Below, in pieces: positions 8,992 to 16,913 of a stretch of 64,000 nt of DNA. The position numbers and the translations under genes are program-made. Each line of letters opens with the position of its first letter. Position 1 is the first letter of the stretch. The notes under the pieces were generated by a model. It ran no database searches. It was not told where the DNA came from and saw only the letters and a list, made by a program, of their open reading frames with translations. This DNA is from a virus. The stretch lies in the IMG/VR virus record IMGVR_UViG_3300037467_000627; one strand, written 5' to 3'.

Positions 8992-10203
8992 TCAGAAGGG
9001 CAGGTCGTCGTTGTCGTCACCAGGGGCAGCCGCTGGCGAGGCCGCTGGTACTGCAGGGGACGTGGGCACCTGCGCAGACGCAGTAGGAACCGGAGCCGGT
9101 GCAACCTGCGAGGGTGCAGGCTGCGGAGCCGGAGCTGCCGCCTGAGGTGCCGCCGTAGGGGCGGGCTGTGCGGCGGGCGCTGGGGTCGGTGTCGGCACGG
9201 GCGCTGGGGCCGCCACGGGCGCGGGCGCGGGTGCGACCTGGACCGAGACATCCTGCGCGACGGCAGCTGGAGCCTGCATCGGCTGCTGCGCTGGGAAGGT
9301 CTGACCCGCCCACGGGTCAGCCTGCTGGACGACCTCGGCATCCATCACCTGCGCTTGCGGAGCTGGCTGAGCAACCGGCGCGGCCTGAGGCGCTGGCTGC
9401 TGTACGACCACAGGAGCGGCCTGTGGAGCAGGCGCAGCGACGGAAACCTCTTCCTCGAACTTCATGGGATCGCGTGTCAGGTATTCGCGCATCTCCATGT
9501 ACGCGTCTCCCCACTCGCCCCACCGCGCCGAGTCGGTTGGCTCGACGCGCTGAAACATGATGTTCGAGTAGTCGTTGTCCCCCTTCTTCAGGAGCTGCAG
9601 GCTGATGTTCGTGATCGCCGTGAAGGCAGCCTGGTTCGACGCCTTGAAGCCAGCGAGATACCGCCGGGTCGGCGCGAGGTTGGTCTTCGAGAGCGCCAGG
9701 ACCGAAGGGAGGTACTGTCCGGTCTGGTACGGGTCGATGAGGAGGGCCAGCGACCAGACTTCGTTGCACCACGGCGCCTCGCTGTCCGGACGGCTCCCCC
9801 ACTCCTTGAGGAAGCAGTCGGAGCAGTTGAACATCAGCTGGCCGTCCTGGCGCGGCTGGACATGCTCCTGGGTCAGCTTGGACACCTGCCACGGGAACGG
9901 ATGCTGTGGCTGCTCCAGGTTCGGGAAGCCGTGCTGGAAGTCGTTCGACCGACACATCGGCTTCGCAGGCGTGTCGCCGATCTTGGTCGGCCAGAGAGTG
10001 CGCTGCTTGATGAGGCCGAGGATGACGACATTCAGGCTCTGCATCTCGGTGTTCGAGAGGCTGTCCTTGAAGACCCCCTTCTTGTTCACGATCTGCAGCC
10101 GGGGAATGCTGAGATCGGCCTGGGTCATGTCATCGAGACCCATGGCTCCCATGTCGGTCGGGATGGCGACTTCCGCGCCTGGACCAACTGGCGATACCGT
10201 CAT
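8992..10203 (-). CDS. putative ssDNA-binding / replication-recombination mediator protein with SSB-type acidic C-terminal tip
   Basis: 403 aa: a ~255-aa globular N-terminal domain, a ~140-aa Ala/Pro/Gln linker, and a terminal DDNDDLPF resembling the bacterial SSB tip DDDIPF. Confidence 0.5.
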   Translation of the reverse strand: MTVSPVGPGAEVAIPTDMGAMGLDDMTQADLSIPRLQIVNKKGVFKDSLSNTEMQSLNVVILGLIKQRTLWPTKIGDTPAKPMCRSNDFQHGFPNLEQPQHPFPWQVSKLTQEHVQPRQDGQLMFNCSDCFLKEWGSRPDSEAPWCNEVWSLALLIDPYQTGQYLPSVLALSKTNLAPTRRYLAGFKASNQAAFTAITNISLQLLKKGDNDYSNIMFQRVEPTDSARWGEWGDAYMEMREYLTRDPMKFEEEVSVAAPAPQAAPVVVQQPAPQAAPVAQPAPQAQVMDAEVVQQADPWAGQTFPAQQPMQAPAAVAQDVSVQVAPAPAPVAAPAPVPTPTPAPAAQPAPTAAPQAAAPAPQPAPSQVAPAPVPTASAQVPTSPAVPAASPAAAPGDDNDDLPF

Positions 10204-10217
10204 TCTTTCTCGCTTCC

Positions 10218-10661
10218 CTAGGGAGTGTTCTGTTGGGCGACAGCGTCCTGTTGCCAGACCATCGTGAGGTAGGGAAGATACCCACCCAACTCGATCATCC
10301 GAGCGTTCGCGCTGTTGATGCGGTTCTGCTTCGCCTTGATGTCTTGCTCGAGCTTGTCTTCCTGCTTCTGGGTGTCGAGCAAACCCCGTCGCAGTTCCTG
10401 CATTGTCTGATCGACTCGGCGTTCATGCTTCGCCTTGGCGTCCAGAGCGGTTGCCGACAGCTCGGGATGCTGACCTCGTAGATCACGCCAGATGTCAACC
10501 TCGCGGTCGGCCATCTCCTCGGTCATCCTCCGACGCTGATCCCTGACCTCCACCAACTTAACCTGGAGGTCAATCATCTCGCCGTTGGCATCCTGTGCCG
10601 TCTTGTAGACCTCGTGAACACCGAGCTCTTTCTCGGCGTAATCGCGAGCTTTACTGGCCAT
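10218..10661 (-). CDS. hypothetical coiled-coil protein
   Basis: 147-aa ORF, charged heptad-like sequence. Confidence 0.7.
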   Translation of the reverse strand: MASKARDYAEKELGVHEVYKTAQDANGEMIDLQVKLVEVRDQRRRMTEEMADREVDIWRDLRGQHPELSATALDAKAKHERRVDQTMQELRRGLLDTQKQEDKLEQDIKAKQNRINSANARMIELGGYLPYLTMVWQQDAVAQQNTP

Positions 10662-10706
10662 GACGCAAACCTACCATTTCATACGGTGAACGCCAATCGC
10701 CGCCGA

Positions 10707-10961
10707 CTATCGGCGTGCCGGAGGTAGCTTGCCACGCCACACCGACAATTTCGGTAAGTGCTTGAGTGCTTCGTGGTCCTTCGCGTCGTAAATCTCGACG
10801 CCGCTCGGGAGGAAGATCTCGGCCTGCACTTCCTCCTGGATGGTTACAACCGGGACGGTTTCTGGATAGAAGCTCATCTCCGCGTAACCCTCGCCATGGA
10901 GTGGCACTCGCAGGGTGACGCGCTGGAAGCCGTCCTTGTATGTCTCGATGGTGATTCTCAT
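10707..10961 (-). CDS. hypothetical protein
   Basis: 84-aa ORF, ATGA-coupled to the upstream gene. Confidence 0.65.
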   Translation of the reverse strand: MRITIETYKDGFQRVTLRVPLHGEGYAEMSFYPETVPVVTIQEEVQAEIFLPSGVEIYDAKDHEALKHLPKLSVWRGKLPPARR

Positions 10962-11347
10962 AGCTTCTTTCCTGCTCGGTGTTCGACTATCTCGGTCAGC
11001 GAGAATTCGCCGCGTCGCTTCTGACTCTTGGTGTCTCCCAAGAGTAGATTTGTAAGCTCGTCGAAGCGACCGTATGTGCGCTGCGTGCCCTCCTCGATGG
11101 CCTTATCCAGGGCCTCCTTGAAGGACTCGAGGCCAGTGGCGACCGCATCCGAGACTCGAGTATCGACAGCCTCCTGTGCCGCAGACTCCAGCTCTTCGCG
11201 ATACTGCTTCGCCTCGCGCATGACCTCTCGCAAGCCCTGGATGGCCTCGTTGGCTTTGCGCGTCTCGGACTTAATGGCTTCGAGCTTCTTGTCCAGCTGG
11301 ACAAGAAGGCCGTCTGGGTCAACCCCGCCTGGATTTCTGCGCGTCAC
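10958..11347 (-). CDS. hypothetical coiled-coil protein
   Basis: 129-aa ORF. Confidence 0.7.
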   Translation of the reverse strand: MTRRNPGGVDPDGLLVQLDKKLEAIKSETRKANEAIQGLREVMREAKQYREELESAAQEAVDTRVSDAVATGLESFKEALDKAIEEGTQRTYGRFDELTNLLLGDTKSQKRRGEFSLTEIVEHRAGKKL

Positions 11348-11570
11348 TTTGTCTTCGCCTCCACTCCTCTACCCATTCCGGATGATGATCAGGGCAGAAC
11401 GACTTACCGTTCTTCTGGAAGAACCAGCCTTCACCGCCTGCCTTGATCTTTCCCCAGGCGTGATTCTTGATCGTCTTGTCGCACCCGTCGCCGGAGCACT
11501 TAATGCATGAACCCTCGCTCGTAGTACTTGTATCCCTTGTGTCGGAGGAATCTGATGATTTCTCGTTCAC
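11319..11570 (-). CDS. hypothetical zinc-binding protein
   Basis: CIKCSGDGC...FCPDHH. The track start at 11594 was moved to the GTG at 11570 (GGAG 6 nt upstream). It still overlaps the upstream gene by 71 nt. Confidence 0.45.
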   Translation of the reverse strand: MNEKSSDSSDTRDTSTTSEGSCIKCSGDGCDKTIKNHAWGKIKAGGEGWFFQKNGKSFCPDHHPEWVEEWRRRQSDAQKSRRG

Positions 11571-11802
11571 TACATCTCCACTCGGGAAGCGCACCCTTAG
11601 GTGCTATATTGCGAAAGACGATCCTGTCGGGCGACGGAATGCCGATCGAGCGCCCATCGTAGTGAGCGTACTCAAGGTGCACGTAGCTCTCACTAACAGA
11701 CATGAGCATTGCGACCTGATCGATGGTGTACAGGAAAGGTCGAGTAGGGAGTCCGACAGACTTCCGATCGGTCTCGGACTGCCAGCTCGACTTCTCGTCC
11801 AT
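11500..11802 (-). CDS. putative HTH DNA-binding protein
   Basis: 100 aa. LYTIDQVAMLMSVSESYVHLEY looks like an excisionase-type HTH. Confidence 0.55.
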   Translation of the reverse strand: MDEKSSWQSETDRKSVGLPTRPFLYTIDQVAMLMSVSESYVHLEYAHYDGRSIGIPSPDRIVFRNIAPKGALPEWRCSEREIIRFLRHKGYKYYERGFMH

Positions 11803-12410
11803 CAGCGATATCCCCGCTCTGCCTTCGACTTGTTCAGGCGCCGTTGCTGGTCATACTTGTACTTCATGACCTCGAGCCCCTCCTTGCGACCCTCTTGGGT
11901 GTAGCCCGTGAAGGCCAGAGGATCTGATCCCATGGTCGCGTAGCCGTACTTCGCCCAGCGAAGCAGTACCTCGCGAATCGCGCCGACAGACGGGGGAGCG
12001 TCCGGATGAATCTGATTGGCGATGAAGCTCAGCGGGAGTGCGATAGGACCTGACCCGGTATCGAAGCGGTCGCAGATCCTCTTCACTTCATCCTCGAGCT
12101 GCCCGCGCGCCCGGATACCCGATGGCGTCGGATTGAACCGGCGCTCTGCGGGCCGTGACGCGCCATCTAGGCCCCGTTCGATGTCCGCTGGACTAGGGAG
12201 CCTACCCGTGTCATTCGATGCCCGCAGCGCGGCTAGGAATTCGGCATCCGGCATCCAGAACCCAGAATCCTGGCGGACGTATGCAGACACGTCCACTAGC
12301 ATGCGCTCACGTCCGCCGAGCTCGAACATCTCCGTGAGGTCGACGTGGCACTGGCATTCACAGTCTTCCCAGAACTTACATGTAGGAAGCCCGCGTCCAG
12401 ATGGACTCAT
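11802..12410 (-). CDS. hypothetical protein
   Basis: The track ORF 11802..12692 was trimmed to the ATG at 12410 (MSPSGRGLPTCKFWEDCECQCH...), 47 nt downstream of the integrase stop. Confidence 0.6.
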   Translation of the reverse strand: MSPSGRGLPTCKFWEDCECQCHVDLTEMFELGGRERMLVDVSAYVRQDSGFWMPDAEFLAALRASNDTGRLPSPADIERGLDGASRPAERRFNPTPSGIRARGQLEDEVKRICDRFDTGSGPIALPLSFIANQIHPDAPPSVGAIREVLLRWAKYGYATMGSDPLAFTGYTQEGRKEGLEVMKYKYDQQRRLNKSKAERGYR

Positions 12411-12457
12411 CGGTTTGGTACCCTCACACTGTCCTAGGATACAGAATCCGGTACGCA

Positions 12458-13294
12458 CTAAAACTCTACCGCCTTTCGCATGGCTTCCATAGAGGTCAAC
12501 GGATACGCCTGTGTGGTCGTGACAGACGCATGGCCGAGCAGTTCTTTCAGGACAAGGATGTCCTTGGTCTCCGACTGGATGATCGTCGCGTACGTCGCCC
12601 GCAAGTCGTGGCTTGAGATCTCGCGGGACAGCTTGGCAATCTTGCCGAGGCGCGTGACGAGGGCTCGAGCCACGCGATCCGAGAACGGACACAGCAGCGC
12701 GTCAGTCTCGACACACTCCACGAAGGCCGACATGATGGCCGACCAGCACCTTGTGGATACCGGTACGTAGCGAACCTTGTCACCTTTGCCGTGGACAGTC
12801 AGGATCATTGTCTGGAGGTTCAGGTGAGACGGACGCACCCTCCGCGCTTCGTGCACCCGAAGGCCTGCCATGCCACACAGACCGATGATCGCCTCTTCGT
12901 GACAGGTCCTAGAGACCTGGATCAGGAGGAGTAGGGACTGCAGGAGGCCTGGGATAGGATGGGGCTGGGGTGGTGGTGGTGGCGGGGACTTGTACCCCTC
13001 CAGCACTGCCGGGATCCTCGCCCAGGTTGCCAAACTCCGTAGACTCGTAATACGTCGCCTCGTCGTCCTCGGAGATGCCATCTTTCTCTGGATCCCAAGC
13101 CATTCCCGACTCTTCGAATCCAGTTCCTCCGCTGGGAGCATCACTGCCTCGAACGGGATCCTCTGCTGCTGAGCCACCCACTCCAGAAACATCCGGAGAT
13201 CCGTCTCGTACCCCTTCGCCGTGTTCTCCGACAGGCCTGCGTCTAACAATGAGCTGCGGTACTTGGCGATAATTTCTGGAGTCAATGTCGTCAC
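12458..13294 (-). CDS. tyrosine recombinase (XerC/D-like, no arm-binding domain)
   Basis: N-terminal SAM-like core-binding motif (LSENTAKGYETDLRMFLEWV), GLRVHEARR (Arg I), HDLRATYAT (H-x-x-R), LLGHASVTTTQAY (His/Tyr). Confidence 0.85.
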   Translation of the reverse strand: MTTLTPEIIAKYRSSLLDAGLSENTAKGYETDLRMFLEWVAQQQRIPFEAVMLPAEELDSKSREWLGIQRKMASPRTTRRRITSLRSLATWARIPAVLEGYKSPPPPPPQPHPIPGLLQSLLLLIQVSRTCHEEAIIGLCGMAGLRVHEARRVRPSHLNLQTMILTVHGKGDKVRYVPVSTRCWSAIMSAFVECVETDALLCPFSDRVARALVTRLGKIAKLSREISSHDLRATYATIIQSETKDILVLKELLGHASVTTTQAYPLTSMEAMRKAVEF

Positions 13295-13646
13295 CTGATT
13301 CCATCCTTTCTCGGGCTTCCCTATCCCGGAGTTGTACTACAGGCCTCGCCCACTCGAATGCGAGGTTAATAAGCTCCTGAAGAGTGTCGAGCTCCTTCTC
13401 GTTCAGGTTTGTCAGCATGATCACCGAGGAGTGTCGACTCTTCCTCGGGTTGACGACGAGGTGAACATTGTCGCCTGAGCCGAATTCGAGATAGCCAGTC
13501 TGAGCTACTCCGTCATCATCGAAGAGCAGATCCGGATCCTGGACGTAGATAACGAACTCGCCATCTGCGTTGTCTGTCCACGCGTAACGCTGCTCAAGCC
13601 TTTCGCGCGCAGGAATCCGGGGGCCTGGTTTCCACCTTCTGGGCAA
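12909..13646 (-). CDS. hypothetical protein with acidic tail (3' 386 nt overlap the recombinase gene)
   Basis: TTG at 13646 with AGGAG 7-8 nt upstream. The body (EQRYAWTDNADGEFVIYVQDPD...LINLAFEWARPV) looks protein-like. The first in-frame stop is at 12909. Confidence 0.55.
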   Translation of the reverse strand: MPRRWKPGPRIPARERLEQRYAWTDNADGEFVIYVQDPDLLFDDDGVAQTGYLEFGSGDNVHLVVNPRKSRHSSVIMLTNLNEKELDTLQELINLAFEWARPVVQLRDREARERMESGDDIDSRNYRQVPQLIVRRRPVGEHGEGVRDGSPDVSGVGGSAAEDPVRGSDAPSGGTGFEESGMAWDPEKDGISEDDEATYYESTEFGNLGEDPGSAGGVQVPATTTTPAPSYPRPPAVPTPPDPGL

Positions 13647-13656
13647 CAGTATTCTC

Positions 13657-13866
13657 CTACATCTGATATGCGGGCGCGTCGTGCGCGTCGATGTTCCAGT
13701 CTGCATCCTTTACGAGACAAGAAGGACACAGCCACTCCGTCGTGCGCGACTTGATTACCTTCGGTCCGGTGCCTGGCGTTTTGAAGACGGCGTGCTTGAC
13801 TGTCATCTGCTCGCGAGGGATAACCTCGTTGCAGCCCGTGCACCTATACGCCTTCGTGTACGCCAT
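13657..13866 (-). CDS. hypothetical zinc-ribbon protein
   Basis: 69 aa, CTGC...CPSC. TAATG coupling with the upstream gene. Confidence 0.65.
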   Translation of the reverse strand: MAYTKAYRCTGCNEVIPREQMTVKHAVFKTPGTGPKVIKSRTTEWLCPSCLVKDADWNIDAHDAPAYQM

Positions 13867-14474
13867 TAGAGGCTCCCTAGTCCAGAATCATCCGGCCCCG
13901 GAACTACGACTGGCTTGTGTCGATTCCACATGCAGACGACACAAGCGTTCAACGTGAGCTTGCCGACCTTATCCCAGAACTCAAGCATCGGGTATGCGCC
14001 GACTAAGCCGGTCAGCCAGTTGAGGAGGCCTTGGGTCGACATCCGATGGTCGGGGGATTTGCAGCTCCCGAACCGATCTCCTCCGACATAGAACACCTGA
14101 GAGTTGATGAAGTGCTTCAGTGCCGTATAGATCGAGACGATGGCATCCTCGGGGTTCATCGTCATAAGGAAGATGGGATCGGTTGGCGTCACGATACTTA
14201 CCTTGCGAGTCCCGTAGGCATTGATTGCATCACTGACCTGCACCTTGAAGCTACCTAGCTTCTCGCTAGTCAGCTGATCGTTTGGCGCTGCCGGATCAGG
14301 AAACTCGCCAGCCATTGGGAGCGAGGTGATGCCGCTAGGGATCAGCAGATCCTCAGCTGGCGAGGTCATCATCGCATCGACCGTGTGGACGCAGGCGAAC
14401 AGGTCAGCGCATTCCGGCTGATTGCACTTGAGGTACCATATGCCGTTATCTGGCACCCATCCTGTAGAGATCAC
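13866..14474 (-). CDS. hypothetical protein
   Basis: 202-aa ORF. Confidence 0.7.
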   Translation of the reverse strand: MISTGWVPDNGIWYLKCNQPECADLFACVHTVDAMMTSPAEDLLIPSGITSLPMAGEFPDPAAPNDQLTSEKLGSFKVQVSDAINAYGTRKVSIVTPTDPIFLMTMNPEDAIVSIYTALKHFINSQVFYVGGDRFGSCKSPDHRMSTQGLLNWLTGLVGAYPMLEFWDKVGKLTLNACVVCMWNRHKPVVVPGPDDSGLGSL

Positions 14475-14704
14475 AGGTAGCTACTCCAGTCCTCGGGATT
14501 GAGACCCATCCTCCGAAGGGTCCGTTTGAGCCACTCGATGTCACCTTGCATGCGCCGCATCCGCCAATAGTTCCTCACGATCAGCTGGGCTCGGATGGCC
14601 TGCCGGTCGCGGGGAGTAACTCGCTTCTCCGTTGCCTTGTCGAACGAGACGACGTCTTTTCGTTCCATTCGCCGCCGAGGAGTTGGACCCTTGTTAGCGC
14701 GCAT
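14471..14704 (-). CDS. hypothetical basic protein
   Basis: The track ORF 14471..14779 was trimmed to the ATG at 14704 (MRANKGPTPRRR...), which overlaps the upstream stop by 11 nt. Confidence 0.55.
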   Translation of the reverse strand: MRANKGPTPRRRMERKDVVSFDKATEKRVTPRDRQAIRAQLIVRNYWRMRRMQGDIEWLKRTLRRMGLNPEDWSSYL

Positions 14705-15200
14705 TGCGCTCCCTCCAGGCCCGCAGGCGTTGTCGCAGTGTCTTGTGCATCGGTGGGTTGATGTACTTCTTGGCGTCACGCTCCAAGATGAGACCAGCGT
14801 CGAACAGGATCTGCACCGCCTGCTTCAGGTCGGCCTCGTCGCCCGTCATGACCACCGGCTCGACCTCCACAGGTTCAGTGGCATTGAAGTACACGAAGCC
14901 TTGCGTAGCGAATGGCTTCTCGTCAATTCGCACTTCCCTTACAGGAAGCACGACAGTCGGCCGAGCCGCAGGCGGCGGCGGTGGGGGAGTCTCACGGACT
15001 GGGATCGACGGGAGGGGGAACGATGACTGGGGGAGGGGTGACGACTGCTGAACCGGGAGTACTGCCTTCGGGGATGGGAGGGGTGATGTTCCCGTCTCGG
15101 TCGATGACGTAGTCGGCAACTGGCGGCGGGACTTCGACGGCTTGCATGTGCACTCGTTCGGATGGCAGAACATACAACTGTCTGCTTGCTTCTTCGACAC
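14694..15200 (-). CDS. hypothetical Pro-rich protein
   Basis: 168-aa ORF. GTG start with GGAG..GGAGA upstream. The first 209 nt overlap the 3' end of 14992..15432. Confidence 0.5.
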   Translation of the reverse strand: MSKKQADSCMFCHPNECTCKPSKSRRQLPTTSSTETGTSPLPSPKAVLPVQQSSPLPQSSFPLPSIPVRETPPPPPPAARPTVVLPVREVRIDEKPFATQGFVYFNATEPVEVEPVVMTGDEADLKQAVQILFDAGLILERDAKKYINPPMHKTLRQRLRAWRERNAR

Positions 15201-15432
15201 GATGAATCAGTCTCCACTCCTGCTGTCCGGCGTTACGCTTCTCGATCAGCATGACCTTCGTCTTCGGGTACCACTTCTCGACCATCGAGATGTAGTCGAC
15301 GGCAGCCTCGTCTGTCTGGATGGCGCTGGTCACGTGAAGAATCGTGAAGCCGATACTCGTGTAACGGTAGCCAGCCTGGGCGTTCTCGGGCGCTTCGTAG
15401 AGCCTGTCGAGGTAATCGTTGAGGTAGGTCAT
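14992..15432 (-). CDS. hypothetical protein
   Basis: 146-aa ORF with a Pro-rich C-terminal tail. Confidence 0.65.
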   Translation of the reverse strand: MTYLNDYLDRLYEAPENAQAGYRYTSIGFTILHVTSAIQTDEAAVDYISMVEKWYPKTKVMLIEKRNAGQQEWRLIHRVEEASRQLYVLPSERVHMQAVEVPPPVADYVIDRDGNITPPIPEGSTPGSAVVTPPPVIVPPPVDPSP

Positions 15433-15920
15433 CGGAAACTCTCCACTACCTGCACGCTAACCTTATAGAGATCGGCTAGCTCGCTAGCGGGAAACCCAGC
15501 CTTCAGACCGTTGCGAATCTGCTTCTCGGTCTCAGGTGAGACTGTAGGCAACACTACACGCCGACGAGGCTGTGTAGGTTTACGCGTCGCTGCCTTCAGT
15601 TTGTCAGCTCCCGGCGTGATGATGCCAGTCATACCGTGACAGCCAGGTGTGTCAGGGAGTGCCTGACCTTCCTTCTTCGCGTTATAGCGAGCTTTGGCGT
15701 GACGTGAGATTTCCCTCTCGTCTTGGAAGAGCTCGTATCCCCACCACTGACTGCGGCGATACAGGCCCTTGATGGCGAAGGCGAGACCTTTCATCTCGCC
15801 CTTCGCCTGGTCAACTTCGAAGAGCTCGTATGGCTTGGTTGGATCTTCACTGTAGTACCAAGTGACGAGCTCGTCCATCCTCTCCCAGAGGAGGTCGAAC
15901 ATGTTCTTTCCATCTGGCAT
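15429..15920 (-). CDS. hypothetical protein with C-terminal HTH
   Basis: 163 aa. C-terminal SPETEKQIRNGLKAGFPASELADLYKVSVQVV resembles a resolvase/Sigma70-r4-type HTH. First gene after a 350-nt non-coding gap. Confidence 0.6.
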   Translation of the reverse strand: MPDGKNMFDLLWERMDELVTWYYSEDPTKPYELFEVDQAKGEMKGLAFAIKGLYRRSQWWGYELFQDEREISRHAKARYNAKKEGQALPDTPGCHGMTGIITPGADKLKAATRKPTQPRRRVVLPTVSPETEKQIRNGLKAGFPASELADLYKVSVQVVESFR

Positions 15921-15940
15921 TTCGGAGCGGTACCCTTCCT

Positions 15941-15958
15941 GATGATAGTGCTATCATC
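15941..15958. promoter_or_regulatory. 18-bp palindrome GATGATAGTGCTATCATC, putative operator
   Basis: 8-2-8 inverted repeat 21-38 nt upstream of the ATG at 15920. The core TGATAGT(A/G)CTATC recurs at 40127 and 40593. Confidence 0.5.
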
Positions 15959-16274
15959 GAGTCTAACGAAAGGCCAGCTCAACAACTGGGCCTGTCCACG
16001 GCTGCACCGTGCGCTTCTACTGTCGAGCTGGCCTCTCGGTCAGTTTCGAGACCTCCCGGGGGATCTCGTGGGCCGAACTGACAACCCCACCACTATGAGT
16101 TTAACGAGGGGTTACCTCGCTCCCCAGAGCCTCACCATACTCCAGCACGAAGACTGGTGCGTAAATGAGGGCTAGGGCTGGACTGGTGCAGTGGCCATCA
16201 GTCCATCTTACGGCGCTCACGCTCATCCCTCTTGGGGGGCTCGCAGGGGTGGCGAGGGTGAGGTGAGCGCCTGA

Positions 16275-16676
16275 TCAGGCGGCCTTGGCCTCGGCGTCGG
16301 CCTTCTTCTCATGGTCGTGACCCAGCGGCGCGTGGTCGAGGCTGTTGTGCCACTCGAGAGCCTGCTCGGGGCTGTACTTCTCGATATCAGCCACCGCGTA
16401 GCCGTGGCGGTCCACCAGGTGCTGGCGAACGTTCTCGAGGGAGGCTGGCAGGAGGGACTTGCGCGTGATCTTCTTGACCACGGCCGCCGTCTCGATGCTC
16501 TCGATGTCGGTCGGCTCCACGATCACCGAGCCCTTGCCCTTTGGCTTGAAGGCCACGCCGAACGGGCCAGCGGCCTCGACGCGCCCCTCGCCGGACAGGT
16601 TGGCGTACTCGCCGGTCAGCTTGATGTTGACGTTCTTGCCGGAAAACTGAACCAGGCTGTTCGGGTCGACAGACAT
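16275..16676 (-). CDS. hypothetical protein
   Basis: 133-aa ORF directly downstream of tRNA-Met. Confidence 0.7.
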   Translation of the reverse strand: MSVDPNSLVQFSGKNVNIKLTGEYANLSGEGRVEAAGPFGVAFKPKGKGSVIVEPTDIESIETAAVVKKITRKSLLPASLENVRQHLVDRHGYAVADIEKYSPEQALEWHNSLDHAPLGHDHEKKADAEAKAA

Positions 16677-16708
16677 ATTTCTCCTTGGGAAGGCGACGTA
16701 TTACTTCG

Positions 16709-16782
16709 TAGCGGGAGAGGGCTTCGATCCCTCGACCTCCGGAGTATGAGTCCGGCGTTCTGCCAGGCTGAACTATCCCGCA
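16709..16782 (-). tRNA. tRNA-Met (anticodon CAT; could be Ile2/lysidine type)
   Basis: Cloverleaf: D arm GTTC/GAAC, anticodon arm CCGGA-CTCATAC-TCCGG, T arm GAGGG-ATCGAAG-CCCTC, acceptor GCGGGA/TCCCGC. No encoded CCA. Ends accurate to about 2 nt. Confidence 0.8.
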
Positions 16783-16913
16783 TCAGCTAGCCCATTGGAG
16801 GGCGGCTAGGGTAGCCCGCTCCAAACCACCCCAGGCACCCTCCGGGCTAGGGCATCATCATGCACGACATCTACGGCACCCGTCCAGCGTAGGCGCTCGG
16901 CGGGTGCTATCGG

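Noticed and set aside
8889-9955. Multiple 100-290-aa ORFs in other frames of the SSB-tip gene (e.g. 9355..10221 plus, 9317..9955 minus)
   Set aside because: They are kept open by the Ala/Pro/Gln-coding low-complexity DNA, have no RBS and conflict with the coherent 403-aa frame.
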